From a virus (taxonomy: Duplodnaviria; Caudoviricetes): a DNA stretch of 64,000 nucleotides. The translations under genes and the position numbers were made by a program. How positions within the stretch are numbered: the stretch's first letter is position 1; every line of letters starts with the position of its first letter. The notes beneath the pieces are model-generated. The model had not been told where the DNA came from, ran no database searches, and saw only the letters and a program-made list of their open reading frames with translations. Shown in pieces: positions 1 to 9,790 of this stretch. The DNA is taken from IMG/VR virus record IMGVR_UViG_2595698902_000001, positions 32,001-96,000 of that record; one strand, given 5' to 3'.

Positions 1-469
1 GTTGAATTTTGAGGGCCTGCCCGCCGTTGTTAACCAGCTGAATCGGGCTAGTCGTCGTAGGCCACACGTCTTGCAACTCGGCGGTAAGAATCGGCGTATC
101 AGTTGTACGTCCGTCAGTCAGCGCAAATTTCATTGGTCTTTTGTATTCGCCCGGCAGCGAGTAAACGCCTGTATCCGGGTCCATAATTTTATTGCGCCAG
201 TCTTGAACGTATTTGAAACTACGCATGGAAACGTCTTCATAAAAGGTAATGTCAAATGCAGCCAATTCCCGAAAGCCGGGGAACTGCACAAAACGACCAG
301 CCATGAAAAACGGTTTCATGTTGATAGATGGTACAGGCAGCGTCACCGTCTCGACATACGAAGGCTCGAAATCAAACGGTAATTCCACACAATACCAATA
401 CATGTCCAGCATCGGCGAGCGGTCGCCGGACCGTTTGCCAATGAGTTCTTCCAGTGTGAGTATTGGCAT
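1..469 (-). CDS. Tail tube-like paralog (tube initiator / baseplate-tube junction type), 3' end runs off the window
   Basis: Not in the ORF track; translated by hand from ATG 469 (AGGA upstream): MPILTLEELIGKRSGDRSPMLDMYWYCVELP...VTLP...FPG...FDITFYED...YVQDW...VWPTT...GGQALK. It parallels the 531-1043 tube protein (MPKVTLEE, SLP, YHE, W, MFPT, GGQALR). Confidence 0.75.
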   Translation of the reverse strand, partial: MPILTLEELIGKRSGDRSPMLDMYWYCVELPFDFEPSYVETVTLPVPSINMKPFFMAGRFVQFPGFRELAAFDITFYEDVSMRSFKYVQDWRNKIMDPDTGVYSLPGEYKRPMKFALTDGRTTDTPILTAELQDVWPTTTSPIQLVNNGGQALKIQ

Positions 470-490
470 ATTTTCTTCCTGCAACAAGCG

Positions 491-525
491 AAAAAAGCCC
501 AATGCGTAAAACGCACCGGGCTTTT
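491..525 (-). terminator. Rho-independent terminator after tail tube gene
   Basis: AAAAGCCCGGTGCG-TTTTA-CGCATTGGGC-TTTTTT on the minus strand. Confidence 0.8.
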
Positions 526-530
526 GTGAA

Positions 531-1043
531 TCAGAGCACGCGTTCTACGTAACCGTAGGCAAACGTGGCATCTTGGCGCAGTGCTTGACCGCCCGCACCC
601 TCGAATTGGTATTCGCCAATTTCGGTAGGGAACATTCGGTGAATATTCCACTTCGCAGCGTCCGCACCGGTTTGGTCAAACACGGTAAATTCCGCAGTAC
701 GCATGTAATCGTCGTGGAAGCCACCAGTCTGAGTCGCGGTAGCACGGCCAACCGACGCCCAAGATTTGAGCTGGTTGTAAGTACGACCGTCGTAAACTTC
801 GTGGTAGGCAATGTTCATGCTGTGAGTGAAAGTCTTACGACCTGCAAACAGCAATTTGTGACCGAACAATTCCACTTCAACAGGGTTGAGGGAAGCGCCC
901 GGCAGCGAAGCGCTCAAGCATTTGATACGGAGTTCGGCACCGTCGTTGAATTCGCCCGGAATATCAGTGAACAAAAGTTCAAAGTTATCGTTCAGCATCG
1001 GGTCGAGCAACGAGTAGGCTTCTTCCAATGTTACTTTAGGCAT
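531..1043 (-). CDS. Tail tube protein (T4 gp19-like)
   Basis: 170 aa directly downstream of the sheath; gp19-like pattern (ASLPG, FAGRKTF, W, YMRTA, W..MFPT..G, ATFAY). Confidence 0.88.
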   Translation of the reverse strand: MPKVTLEEAYSLLDPMLNDNFELLFTDIPGEFNDGAELRIKCLSASLPGASLNPVEVELFGHKLLFAGRKTFTHSMNIAYHEVYDGRTYNQLKSWASVGRATATQTGGFHDDYMRTAEFTVFDQTGADAAKWNIHRMFPTEIGEYQFEGAGGQALRQDATFAYGYVERVL

Positions 1044-1057
1044 AAGTCACCTGTCCG

Positions 1058-2650
1058 TTAGGAGTTAAGAGCCAATTCGATTGCGGTGTTAATGTCACCA
1101 GTTTGCGCAACGGTTGCGGTAAACAGAATCCGCTTGGCATAACGCGTCGGCTGGATAATGTAAACGAGGCAAACGTCACCATTCGCAACTTGTTCTGGCG
1201 GGTTAGTGGTCTTATCGCAAATCACTTTGGAGAAGTACACACCCTGCGCACGCTTGATCGGTTCAAGAATACGCTCCACCACACCGCGCAATTGCGCCCA
1301 CAGGAATTCGTCGTTTGGATCGAACAGGCCGACCAATACGTCGTACTTCGCAGTGGTTTCAATCATGTTAATCAGGCGGCGAACAGGAACGTCCTGCAAT
1401 GGCGATTTTTGCGATTGAAGTGTTTGAGCACCCCACACGCAGAAGCCATACGAGGCCTGATAGTGAATCATGTTGATTTGGTTCTGGTCGAGAATGTTGC
1501 GCTCGGGCAGAGAGTAGCGATGACGCACGCCGCTAATATCTTCGATAACGCCACGATTCACACCAGCCGGTGCCCAAAATACGTCTTTGTCTCGGTCGGA
1601 CTGCGCGTAGACCGCAGCAATCGCACCGGAACATGGAACGTAAATTTCTTGGTTATCGTCGGTGCGTTCCAGAATGTCAGAGCAATACATAGCCGCAAAG
1701 CTAGAATTGCTGTTCAGAACGTTACGGCGATAATCAACAGCACGCGCAACGGTTTGCAGATCGGAAGGAATATCGAGAATTGCAGTGCAATCGCGACGGC
1801 CTTCTGCCAGAGCAATCATGGCCTGATGCACACCAGCGTCGGCATAACCGGCGTTGATCAAAATGCGCAGCTCAAAATCGTCTTCGTTGTCGAACTGTTC
1901 CCAACCGTCGATGATTTGCCCGGCGTGCGCTTTCGCGCCGTTAGTGCCGTAGGAAAGATCAACCTGCACAATCGCGTTAATCAAACGAGCGGCACCATTG
2001 GAACGAACATATTCCGGGTGATTTTCGTTGATCTTTAGGCGAATGCGAGAATCAGCCGCTTCCAGCTGATAGGCGATGTTGGTTTGTTGGTTAAAACCAG
2101 AAGTTTTATCACGCAGAGTACCCCGGTAGGTTTCGACCGGAACGCTCATGTTGGTTTCAAAAACTTGCAGCCAGAAAAGTTCGTTTTCTACGTCGTTCAC
2201 ATCCGGGTACATCAGGACGCGAATGCCGTTGTTCCACTCGCCGGGGTTTGCCCCGTAAATGAAAAGAATTTCTTCTGGAATCTGGTTGTGCTCAGTCGGG
2301 TCCAAATAGCCTTGGGTTGCCGCGTGAGGAACTGCAAAACCTTCAACGGTACGCACAGAGGCGTTACCGTATTCGGCGCCAGTATCAACGCGCAGGAACC
2401 ACAAACGTTGCGACTTTTTCAGGAACCGCTCAGCTGCGAAATGCGCAAAAGTCAGGGACGGATCGCGAAGGCCAAATTTTGCGCGGAATTCTTCTTTGCT
2501 TGTGGTAAGCACAGGAATGCCAACGGGGCCGCGATTCGATTCACCAACAATTGCCCCAGTAGACGGGTAGGTAGTGGTTGCAGAAATTGCATTATTCCGC
2601 TCCCCACCGTACACGCCAGACGACGTGTTACTGCCGTTCTGTAATGGCAT
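1058..2650 (-). CDS. Tail sheath protein 1
   Basis: N-terminal SGVY..GAIVG..RGP..FRAKFG; WAPAGVNRG; VWGAQTL; VRRLI; FDPND; VICDKTTNPP. Confidence 0.93.
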   Translation of the reverse strand: MPLQNGSNTSSGVYGGERNNAISATTTYPSTGAIVGESNRGPVGIPVLTTSKEEFRAKFGLRDPSLTFAHFAAERFLKKSQRLWFLRVDTGAEYGNASVRTVEGFAVPHAATQGYLDPTEHNQIPEEILFIYGANPGEWNNGIRVLMYPDVNDVENELFWLQVFETNMSVPVETYRGTLRDKTSGFNQQTNIAYQLEAADSRIRLKINENHPEYVRSNGAARLINAIVQVDLSYGTNGAKAHAGQIIDGWEQFDNEDDFELRILINAGYADAGVHQAMIALAEGRRDCTAILDIPSDLQTVARAVDYRRNVLNSNSSFAAMYCSDILERTDDNQEIYVPCSGAIAAVYAQSDRDKDVFWAPAGVNRGVIEDISGVRHRYSLPERNILDQNQINMIHYQASYGFCVWGAQTLQSQKSPLQDVPVRRLINMIETTAKYDVLVGLFDPNDEFLWAQLRGVVERILEPIKRAQGVYFSKVICDKTTNPPEQVANGDVCLVYIIQPTRYAKRILFTATVAQTGDINTAIELALNS

Positions 2651-2672
2651 CGTGGAATCTCCATTGAATCGA

Positions 2673-2706
2673 AATCCTAACGGTTGCTAGGATTATTAAT
2701 AAATTA
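2673..2706 (-). promoter_or_regulatory. Putative late promoter TAATTTA followed by 5' leader hairpin (AATCCTA-GCAACCGT-TAGGATT)
   Basis: Motif recurs before several structural genes; it overlaps the upstream stop codon. Confidence 0.5.
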
Positions 2707-4065
2707 CGCTTTTACCACAGTACAACGAACAGGTTTATCCGACATGAGTTTGATCGTCCCGGCAAAGCTGCCGTTCAAGAAAAAATGACCATTTACTGTC
2801 AGCACAACCGGGGCGCTAGCCACGACGCCGTTGTCTTTTACTACCGGGTTTTCGCAGTCCTGTTCGGGCATCACAACATGCAAAGATTTCTGCACGCGAG
2901 GATTATCCAGAGTTCCGCCGTACTGCACGACCAACGTGTGCCCCGGCAGACCGATACCCGCAATGTTTTCCACAATGTAATGATAGCGACCGCTGTACGG
3001 ATACGCCTCTTCCATTGGAACGTGCGTAACCATTCCGGTATTTTGGTTGCGGATTTGAACGAGCGGGCCGTCAGGCATATCGTCGTCGCGCAACGTCAGA
3101 TAAAACGGTTTCGATATCAGCTGCTGATCAATGAAATCCAGCGTAGGCACAGTCAGGCCCAGCGCATCAGCAACTTTGAATTCCTTCACAATTTGCACAA
3201 CGTTATTAAACACGTCGCGCCCATCGGTGACGATCTTGAAAGCATCGCCTTCCTGCACTGCAAAAGAGTTAGGGCCATCTGTAGCGCCAAGGTGAATCGG
3301 CGCCTTATTAAACAGCACAATATCCTTGCTCACGCCGCTGGTAACGTTTGTCACTACAGCTTTATTCGACACAGGATTCTGCACATTGAAATTCAGGTAC
3401 GAATCAAACGGAATCGTATCAGGCGCGTCGATCACCGTTTCTTTGAATGCCAGCTCGACAGGCACGTCTACTGTCACTTCACGCGAGGCGCCATTTGCCG
3501 CATACGCTTCGTTGTAGAAGAAACGCAGAATGTCGTCTTTGCGGCAGTACATCACGCCGTCGAAATCCACGCCTTTTGCGTCGTCGTTTTGCGTGGGCAG
3601 ATAACCCTGATACTCGCCTTGATTTACGCGCTGAATATCAAACTCTTCTGTCTCACCGGTACGCATGTTCATGGCGGAAACTTTGAGAGGCGCAGCCGTG
3701 AAAATATCTTTGTCAGTTACTTTCACTTCGACAAAGCGCGAGGCATACGCTGTGCCGACTTCCATTACCGCATCATGGAAAACCTGTTCTGAATTGGACG
3801 GGGCCGCAGGCATTAAACCGTGGCTGACCAATTCAATAGTAATCGGATGCGGGCATTGGATTGAAACGATGTTGTGTACGTCTACCAGCGTGTAAGGACG
3901 CTCGGGAGAAACCACGAAATCTTTTTGCTCTAATTCGACTTCGGTGATTTTGGTAGCGACACTGAATGCGTTCACAGCAGTTCGACGCACACGATCTACC
4001 GTGAATTGCCGCATTTCCGTGACAATTGTTTTTGCCAACGGGCGGTAAACTTGAGGTGTTTTCAT
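2704..4065 (-). CDS. Putative virion structural protein (beta-rich)
   Basis: 453 aa, between the head module and the sheath; beta-strand-rich composition. Confidence 0.55.
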   Translation of the reverse strand: MKTPQVYRPLAKTIVTEMRQFTVDRVRRTAVNAFSVATKITEVELEQKDFVVSPERPYTLVDVHNIVSIQCPHPITIELVSHGLMPAAPSNSEQVFHDAVMEVGTAYASRFVEVKVTDKDIFTAAPLKVSAMNMRTGETEEFDIQRVNQGEYQGYLPTQNDDAKGVDFDGVMYCRKDDILRFFYNEAYAANGASREVTVDVPVELAFKETVIDAPDTIPFDSYLNFNVQNPVSNKAVVTNVTSGVSKDIVLFNKAPIHLGATDGPNSFAVQEGDAFKIVTDGRDVFNNVVQIVKEFKVADALGLTVPTLDFIDQQLISKPFYLTLRDDDMPDGPLVQIRNQNTGMVTHVPMEEAYPYSGRYHYIVENIAGIGLPGHTLVVQYGGTLDNPRVQKSLHVVMPEQDCENPVVKDNGVVASAPVVLTVNGHFFLNGSFAGTIKLMSDKPVRCTVVKA

Positions 4066-4787
4066 TACACGTCGTCCGCTGTTTGAATGATGGATGTTTC
4101 TTCGTCTACAACGTTGCCCTCATGGTCAACAATGAGACTGTTAAATTCAACTTCGCCACGGTTGTTAACCTTGGAGATTTTCCGCTCGATACCGGTCCAT
4201 GTGCTCGTATGGCAATTAATCACCAGATCGAATGCTTCTGGTTCGGCTTCGTTGTCCTTGTCGGCACGCGGCAGCTGAATTTCTTTTGTGTCAGTGGTAA
4301 TGTCGAGGAACGACGACGGCAAACCACTTTTGATCTTGACGTTGAGCACTTTGGAATCAAACAAAATCAACGCTTCGCCGATGAAGCGAATGGCGTCGAA
4401 ATAATCGTTTGTAACGTAGTGGAATTCGTACTGCAAAGTGACGGGGAAATAATGCAGGCTGGTCAGCGTGCTATTCGATCCGTCTACAACGTGTCCAACG
4501 CCCCGGCGTCTCAGTGTAGGCCCGGACATTCCACCTTCTGTTTTCGCAATGCTGGTCATGCTCACATACGCATACGGATATTCCGGTTGCGCAGAAGCAC
4601 GCATTATTTGCTTAACGTCGTTGTTGTGAACAAACGGTAAATCTTTCAGCTTAAAAAACTTTTTCAGCGATGCCCGAATTGCAGCAAAGCTCAGATGCAA
4701 GTGCGTCTGTTTGAAGCTGTGGTTCCCGAACAAATCTCGCTCACGCATGGCAGCGCGCAGCGACGGAGAAACTGCCGTATCAGACAT
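4065..4787 (-). CDS. Putative neck/tail completion (terminator-like) protein
   Basis: ATG 4787 with GGAG upstream; YPYAYVS and PVTLQYEF pattern typical of tail-completion proteins; position between capsid and sheath. Confidence 0.45.
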   Translation of the reverse strand: MSDTAVSPSLRAAMRERDLFGNHSFKQTHLHLSFAAIRASLKKFFKLKDLPFVHNNDVKQIMRASAQPEYPYAYVSMTSIAKTEGGMSGPTLRRRGVGHVVDGSNSTLTSLHYFPVTLQYEFHYVTNDYFDAIRFIGEALILFDSKVLNVKIKSGLPSSFLDITTDTKEIQLPRADKDNEAEPEAFDLVINCHTSTWTGIERKISKVNNRGEVEFNSLIVDHEGNVVDEETSIIQTADDV

Positions 4788-4806
4788 TTTTTGGACTCCA
4801 GAAAGC

Positions 4807-4843
4807 AAAAAAGGCCGTCGTGATTTCTCACAAGCGGCCTTTT
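4807..4843 (-). terminator. Rho-independent terminator
   Basis: AAAAGGCCG...CGGCC-TTTTTT on the minus strand. Confidence 0.75.
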
Positions 4844-4845
4844 CG

Positions 4846-5379
4846 TTAAAGCTTAATCCTGATACGGCCCGGTCGTAACGGTGTAGTCACCTTCGGTTTT
4901 TCTTGACGAATTGCCAGCGACTCGGGGTCGTATGGTTCAACATCAACCGAAGCGAAAGCCGAAATTTGAGGATCGATAAGGAGATATTCCCCATCTTCCA
5001 AATACTGCTTTTGAGTGAAAACAGCAGACGCCATCGCAACGACTTGGCCGAATGCTACTTGATCATTTCCGTGCAGAGACGGGCTGATCGTGTTTTCAGA
5101 AATCGGGGCAGTACCAAATACGGTATTTGTGGGCGGAACAGAATCGATATTATCGACGTAACTATTCAACCCATCTGCACCATCGCCGTCCTTGCCTTCT
5201 GCTACGCAACCTTGCGTTACCGCTTGGGGCATACAGGTGGCAAGAGGCTGCAACGAACTGCTCAGGAGCGAAGGAAATTCACTGCTATTGCAGGCCTGTT
5301 GAAGCACCTGCAACGCAAGTTCATTTCTGCCGTTTTTGCAACACATTGCCGCAAGGAAAAGCAGAGCATTTGTATCCAT
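4846..5379 (-). CDS. Hypothetical protein, probably head-associated
   Basis: 177 aa downstream of MCP; carries VAMASA and SAFASV motifs. Confidence 0.55.
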   Translation of the reverse strand: MDTNALLFLAAMCCKNGRNELALQVLQQACNSSEFPSLLSSSLQPLATCMPQAVTQGCVAEGKDGDGADGLNSYVDNIDSVPPTNTVFGTAPISENTISPSLHGNDQVAFGQVVAMASAVFTQKQYLEDGEYLLIDPQISAFASVDVEPYDPESLAIRQEKPKVTTPLRPGRIRIKL

Positions 5380-5402
5380 GTTTATCTCCCAGTGAATCTA
5401 CA

Positions 5403-5444
5403 CCGTGTAAAGTTTTAAGGGGCGCTCCGAAAAACTCTACACGG
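5403..5444. other. 14-bp-stem inverted repeat immediately after the MCP stop (no U-tract)
   Basis: CCGTGTAAAGTTTT ... AAAACTCTACACGG, one mismatch. Confidence 0.6.
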
Positions 5445-5455
5445 CGCGGAGATAA

Positions 5456-6550
5456 TTAACGGACCAGACGCTTGCCTTTAACTACGGAACGGTTGTTCGC
5501 CAGAACGAACGAGAACATTTCCGACAGCATCCAACCTTTGGCGGTCGAACCTTCAAACGCGTAGTCAACCGGAGTCGAACGGATACCGCCGCGAGTGGAG
5601 TACGAAGCGTGGTTTTCTGGCGAAGCAACAACGTAGATTTCGCCGCGATCCAGAACTTTCTGGTTTGGTTGGCGGAAACCGTCGGTCAGCAGGGTCAGAC
5701 CAACCAGAGTACCGAGCTGACCATTCAGGGCCAAGTCGTATTTGGTGATCGGATCGAGCATGGTTGCGAAATCGTTGGAACCGATAATATCGGACCAGAA
5801 TTCGTTGGAGATAATTGCGGTAGTGGCTGGCAGGTTCCAGTCAGTTACAGCAGTACGCAGACGACCGAGGTTTTTGGTGGTCAGTTCGCCAGCGATATAT
5901 TCCAGCGGGTTCATCATGCCAACGGTGGCGTCAGCAGCACGTTTCCACAGGCGGTCTTCTTGAACCATGATGCTTTGCAGAGCATCGTTGTAAGCGTGTT
6001 CCAGCAGGTCGCCGCTCACTTGTTCCATATCGAGAGCGTTCACACGAACGTTCGCGATAATCTCGAATTCGGCAGGCAGGAAAACGCGCTGGCGAATATT
6101 CTGATAACCAACGCCAGCAGGGCCGGTAGCCACAACAGCTTGGGTATCATGCGGAGGCATTGGAACGCGCTGAACTTCACCAGTGCGCAGGGTATTACCT
6201 ACCGACAGTTTACGCAGGAAACCGTCACGGTCGGCCTGTTCGTAAACTTGTTGAGCGATGTTTGCGCCCAGTGCTTCCCAGTTTTCTTTGGAAGCCATTG
6301 CATCGCGCATCAGAGCGGTGCGCTCTTCGCGGCTGGAAGCGGTGGCAACTTGTTGTTCTGGAACAACGGCGCCGCTTTGAACGGCATTCAGCAGGCGGTC
6401 AATTTGCAGCGCCAGATCGCGCTTGTCACTGGCGTTGAATTCGCCGGTAGCGCTGGACAGAGCCAGAGAATCATTTTTACCGTAGCGCAGTTCGGTCAAC
6501 GGCTCGCCGTTAGCCAGAACCATACGAGCACCTTGCATTTTGTTAAACAT
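5456..6550 (-). CDS. Major capsid protein (HK97 fold)
   Basis: 364 aa with strong RBS and strongly biased codon usage, downstream of scaffold/decoration genes; EFEIIANVRV, SIMVQEDRLW, GQLGTLVGL, GEIYVV, GWMLSE patterns typical of HK97-fold MCPs. Confidence 0.88.
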   Translation of the reverse strand: MFNKMQGARMVLANGEPLTELRYGKNDSLALSSATGEFNASDKRDLALQIDRLLNAVQSGAVVPEQQVATASSREERTALMRDAMASKENWEALGANIAQQVYEQADRDGFLRKLSVGNTLRTGEVQRVPMPPHDTQAVVATGPAGVGYQNIRQRVFLPAEFEIIANVRVNALDMEQVSGDLLEHAYNDALQSIMVQEDRLWKRAADATVGMMNPLEYIAGELTTKNLGRLRTAVTDWNLPATTAIISNEFWSDIIGSNDFATMLDPITKYDLALNGQLGTLVGLTLLTDGFRQPNQKVLDRGEIYVVASPENHASYSTRGGIRSTPVDYAFEGSTAKGWMLSEMFSFVLANNRSVVKGKRLVR

Positions 6551-6586
6551 ATGAATTTCTCCAGAAGTTCTTTTTAGTCGTGAAAA

Positions 6587-7330
6587 TTAAGCGTTGGTTA
6601 CTTTCACGACCAGCGGGCCGTAAGAAGCTTGGTCGGCAACAGGCTGTTGCAGAACGACAACGGTAGTCAGTTCGGTGCCCGGACCGGAAGCGGTCAGACG
6701 GCCTTCGGCGCCCAGTTTCGGATGGATAACATCAGCCCAATCGGCAGAAGCATCGTAGAAAGTGGTAGCCAGAGAATCGACGCGAGTAGCGACAGCGATA
6801 CGATCCATTTCCGAGGAACCCAGACCGCCGATTGGCGCGTCACCGCGAACGGTTTTAGCTTCGGAAACAGTTGGTTCGTACATCATTTGAACAAACAGGG
6901 TTTTACCAACGTCGCCCGGAACTGCATCGCCAGCGCCCGGAGCGGTTTCGGGGGTGCCGGTGAAGAAGAACAGTTTGGTGCCGACGCTTTGTACTTTACC
7001 AGCAACCGGAGCACCGGCAGCGATGGTCAGAGTGGTGCCGTCAACTTGCACCAGAATTTGACCGGTAATTGGCAGACGACCAAGATCAACAACGCCGCTT
7101 TCTGGAACGGTAACATCCGAAATGATTTTCGGCAGGAAAGAAGGCGGGGTGTTACGGTTGATCGAGAAACCGGCGAAGATTTCACCAGCTACGCCTTGCG
7201 ACGGACGTACATACGAACGACCATTTACTTTCGACCAAACCAGTGCTTGGCCGTCTTCGCGCAGGTCAAGGCCCGGCTCGATATCGCGGAACTCGGTGTT
7301 GAATACGCGAGTGTATTTATCAACGATCAT
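6587..7330 (-). CDS. Putative capsid decoration / head structural protein
   Basis: Likely start ATG 7330 (GGAG upstream); Gly/Pro/Val-rich, directly upstream of MCP. Confidence 0.55.
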   Translation of the reverse strand: MIVDKYTRVFNTEFRDIEPGLDLREDGQALVWSKVNGRSYVRPSQGVAGEIFAGFSINRNTPPSFLPKIISDVTVPESGVVDLGRLPITGQILVQVDGTTLTIAAGAPVAGKVQSVGTKLFFFTGTPETAPGAGDAVPGDVGKTLFVQMMYEPTVSEAKTVRGDAPIGGLGSSEMDRIAVATRVDSLATTFYDASADWADVIHPKLGAEGRLTASGPGTELTTVVVLQQPVADQASYGPLVVKVTNA

Positions 7331-7346
7331 GTGAAATCTCCGATTT

Positions 7347-9251
7347 TTAGAAGAAGCGGTTAGCTTTGAGGCGTTCCGCAAAACTTGGTGCAGCCGATTG
7401 TTCTTGACGTGCAGAAGCAACGGCTACATGTTCAGTTTTTTGCTGCACTGGACGCTCAACCGGACGACCTACGCTCAGCGAGGATGCGGTAGCGACTTGG
7501 CGCGGTTCAATTTCAGTTACAGCGGTTGCGATTTGATTTCGGACTTCCTGATCATATCGCATGATATCGTTGGCTTTTGCCAGAATAGCGCGGTGATACG
7601 CTGGCGAATGTTCAACGAAAGCACGCTGCAACAGTTCGTCACCACCAGAAATGCCCAAGCTTTCGAGAGTCGAGGCCAGTGCAGTGATGATTGGGTTTTC
7701 GATCTTGCGGAAATAACCGTTGTTAATTCCGGTAGCAGCGGTGGCAAGTGCGGCTTCGTAGCTGGATGCCAGTTCGGAAGTATCGCGAGCGCTTGCCTCA
7801 GCGAGAGCGGCGCCTTGCTCAGCAACTTTGGTTGCGATTTGTTCTGCTACAACTTGATCGATTTGCAGAACTGGTTTCAGCTCTTCAAAACGCAGTTGAG
7901 TCAGTGCAGCCTGTACGCCTTGGTCAGCAGCGATTGCGCGGAAAACACGACCAAAGTTTTCGCTAGCGAATTCTTGTGGGTTTTCAGCAGCCGATGCAAT
8001 GGCTTTGGCGAAAGGAATACCGTCATGGAAAGCCATCCAAGTGGCTTCACCTTTGACGTTTCCTACATAATTAACATCAACAGAATTTCCTTTCATTTCG
8101 GAAGCTGCGATGGAAACGTAGGAGGCCTGCACTTCGACTTGTTCGCCTACGGCAACCGAGGATGCAGTGGCGACAACAGCTTTTTTCGCTTTTTTCGCTT
8201 TGCGAACTACGCCGCCTTTACGCGGTTTGCTGTTCGCGAGGCCGAGGGAAAGATCGTCATCGTCTTCTTCCTCTTCCTCTTCATCTTCTTCGTCGTCTTC
8301 TTCCTCTTCGTCCTCGTCCTCTTCCTCTTCTTCGTCGTCCTCAGATTCGTCGTCTTCATCCTCGTCTTCTTCGTCTTCATCATCGAAATCATCCGATGCG
8401 AGAGCGGCGAAATCAGCAGAGGCAGTAGCGCGCTCTTCTGCGCTCATATCCTCTTCTGGATCGAGGGTGCCCATACCGGTAGCAGGGCAGAAAATCGGCG
8501 ATTGTTTGGAAGCGATAATGTGCATTTGCTCACCGTCGTCAGACGCGGTAGTCAGATACACAACTTCCATTTGCTTTTTGCCATTGTCCAGAACAACGGA
8601 CGGAATAGCAGCAGCAACAGCCAGTTGAGGTTGATCGGTTTCGTTGGCAGCTTGCGCCATTTCTGGAATGTAGTTTTCCAGAGTTTCAGCAGGCAGGCCA
8701 CGGAACACGTCGAAATTGACGGGCTGATTCGACAGTACGACATGATCTTCGCACTGCGCAGCAAACACTTCGCAGGCACCGGAAGCCAGAGCGCGGAACG
8801 CTTCGGCAGCGGATTTGCGATCTGTTGCTACAGCAATCAGCATTTCTTTTTTGGGCGATTGGGATTTGTTCTTGCTCAAGTCTTCGGCTTCCATTTTAGG
8901 TAGAGCGGAAGCGCACGCAGGGCACTTATCCAGAAGGTCTTCACTATCTGCGATAACGTGAATGCCGCAACCACTAGAGCAAGCTTGATAAAAGGCGTCG
9001 ATATCGTCCTCAGCGGACGCGACGGCTACCAAATCGTGCTTTTCTTCTTCTGGAACAGCGACCATTTCTTCCCCATTAATGGGGTTGAGCATAGCCATTT
9101 CCGCGTCGGTAGTAGCGAGGGCAAAAGTGCCATCTTTACTTTCCATAACGCGGTAAGTACCAGAAGCAACAGCGCGGAAATGCTCTTGCGCTTGTTCTTG
9201 GTTGTCAGCCATAACGACGATGCCGCGCAGGCGCGAATTTCGTTTAGACAT
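7347..9251 (-). CDS. Putative prohead scaffold/core protein with internal duplication and long Asp/Glu tract
   Basis: 634 aa, acidic and Ala-rich, with a coiled-coil C-terminal half; lies between the protease region and MCP; D/E run at about 8260-8390. Confidence 0.6.
   Translation of the reverse strand: MSKRNSRLRGIVVMADNQEQAQEHFRAVASGTYRVMESKDGTFALATTDAEMAMLNPINGEEMVAVPEEEKHDLVAVASAEDDIDAFYQACSSGCGIHVIADSEDLLDKCPACASALPKMEAEDLSKNKSQSPKKEMLIAVATDRKSAAEAFRALASGACEVFAAQCEDHVVLSNQPVNFDVFRGLPAETLENYIPEMAQAANETDQPQLAVAAAIPSVVLDNGKKQMEVVYLTTASDDGEQMHIIASKQSPIFCPATGMGTLDPEEDMSAEERATASADFAALASDDFDDEDEEDEDEDDESEDDEEEEEDEDEEEEDDEEDEEEEEEDDDDLSLGLANSKPRKGGVVRKAKKAKKAVVATASSVAVGEQVEVQASYVSIAASEMKGNSVDVNYVGNVKGEATWMAFHDGIPFAKAIASAAENPQEFASENFGRVFRAIAADQGVQAALTQLRFEELKPVLQIDQVVAEQIATKVAEQGAALAEASARDTSELASSYEAALATAATGINNGYFRKIENPIITALASTLESLGISGGDELLQRAFVEHSPAYHRAILAKANDIMRYDQEVRNQIATAVTEIEPRQVATASSLSVGRPVERPVQQKTEHVAVASARQEQSAAPSFAERLKANRFF
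8258..8392 (-). repeat. Low-complexity GAA/GAG/GAC codon tract (poly-Asp/Glu)
   Basis: Directly visible tct/tcg/tcc repeats on the plus strand. Confidence 0.9.
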
Positions 9252-9273
9252 GGTTCACTCCGTTTATAGAGTT

Positions 9274-9302
9274 GTGGGCTTTCACCTCACATTTAAAAAT
9301 TA
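9274..9302 (-). promoter_or_regulatory. Putative late promoter TAATTTT plus leader hairpin with GAAA loop
   Basis: TAATTT-TTAAAT-GTGAGGT-GAAA-GCCCAC upstream of the scaffold gene. Confidence 0.55.
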
Positions 9303-9320
9303 CAACGGCCAAAAATTCTG

Positions 9321-9683
9321 TCAAATAAGCTTCAACAGTAGACCACGAACCTTTCGACAAATTGCCTGTATACTATTATGGGCAGTGTGCCCTTCATAGT
9401 CGATCACTTCGCCGTTAACGTTTGATTCGCCCGTATAACGCCAATTGATATCGTTATGCGAGAATTCCAAATAAGCCGTACCCATATCTGTTTCCAGATT
9501 AACGCGGGCATGTTTGTGTGGCTCACCTGTTCCTTTGTGGTCGTACTCAATGTTGAATTTAGCCATTCCCTTTCGTAGCTCAGGGATATTGGTTAAATGG
9601 TGTTTTAAGGAACGGGTATCAAACGTTTGCGGCAAATGCAGGTCAGTCAAAGGCGATGCAGCTATTGCAAGATACACCTTCAT
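9321..9683 (-). CDS. Hypothetical protein, possible internal head protein
   Basis: 120 aa, AGGAG RBS, TAATTTA element at 9709-9715, N-terminus MKVYLAIAAS. Confidence 0.6.
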   Translation of the reverse strand: MKVYLAIAASPLTDLHLPQTFDTRSLKHHLTNIPELRKGMAKFNIEYDHKGTGEPHKHARVNLETDMGTAYLEFSHNDINWRYTGESNVNGEVIDYEGHTAHNSIQAICRKVRGLLLKLI

Positions 9684-9753
9684 ATAACGCTCCTTGACGC
9701 TACAGGTTTAAATTATGGCAAACAGAAATTCGCCCAAATACAAAACGCGGGCC

Positions 9754-9790
9754 AAAAAAAACCCGCACAGGTCGGGGGAACCGGTGCGGG
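9754..9790 (-). terminator. Rho-independent terminator
   Basis: CCCGCAC...GTGCGGG-TTTTTTTT. Confidence 0.8.

Noticed and set aside
8167-8628. Poly-serine plus-strand ORF
   Set aside because: Antisense reading of the scaffold's Asp/Glu tract.
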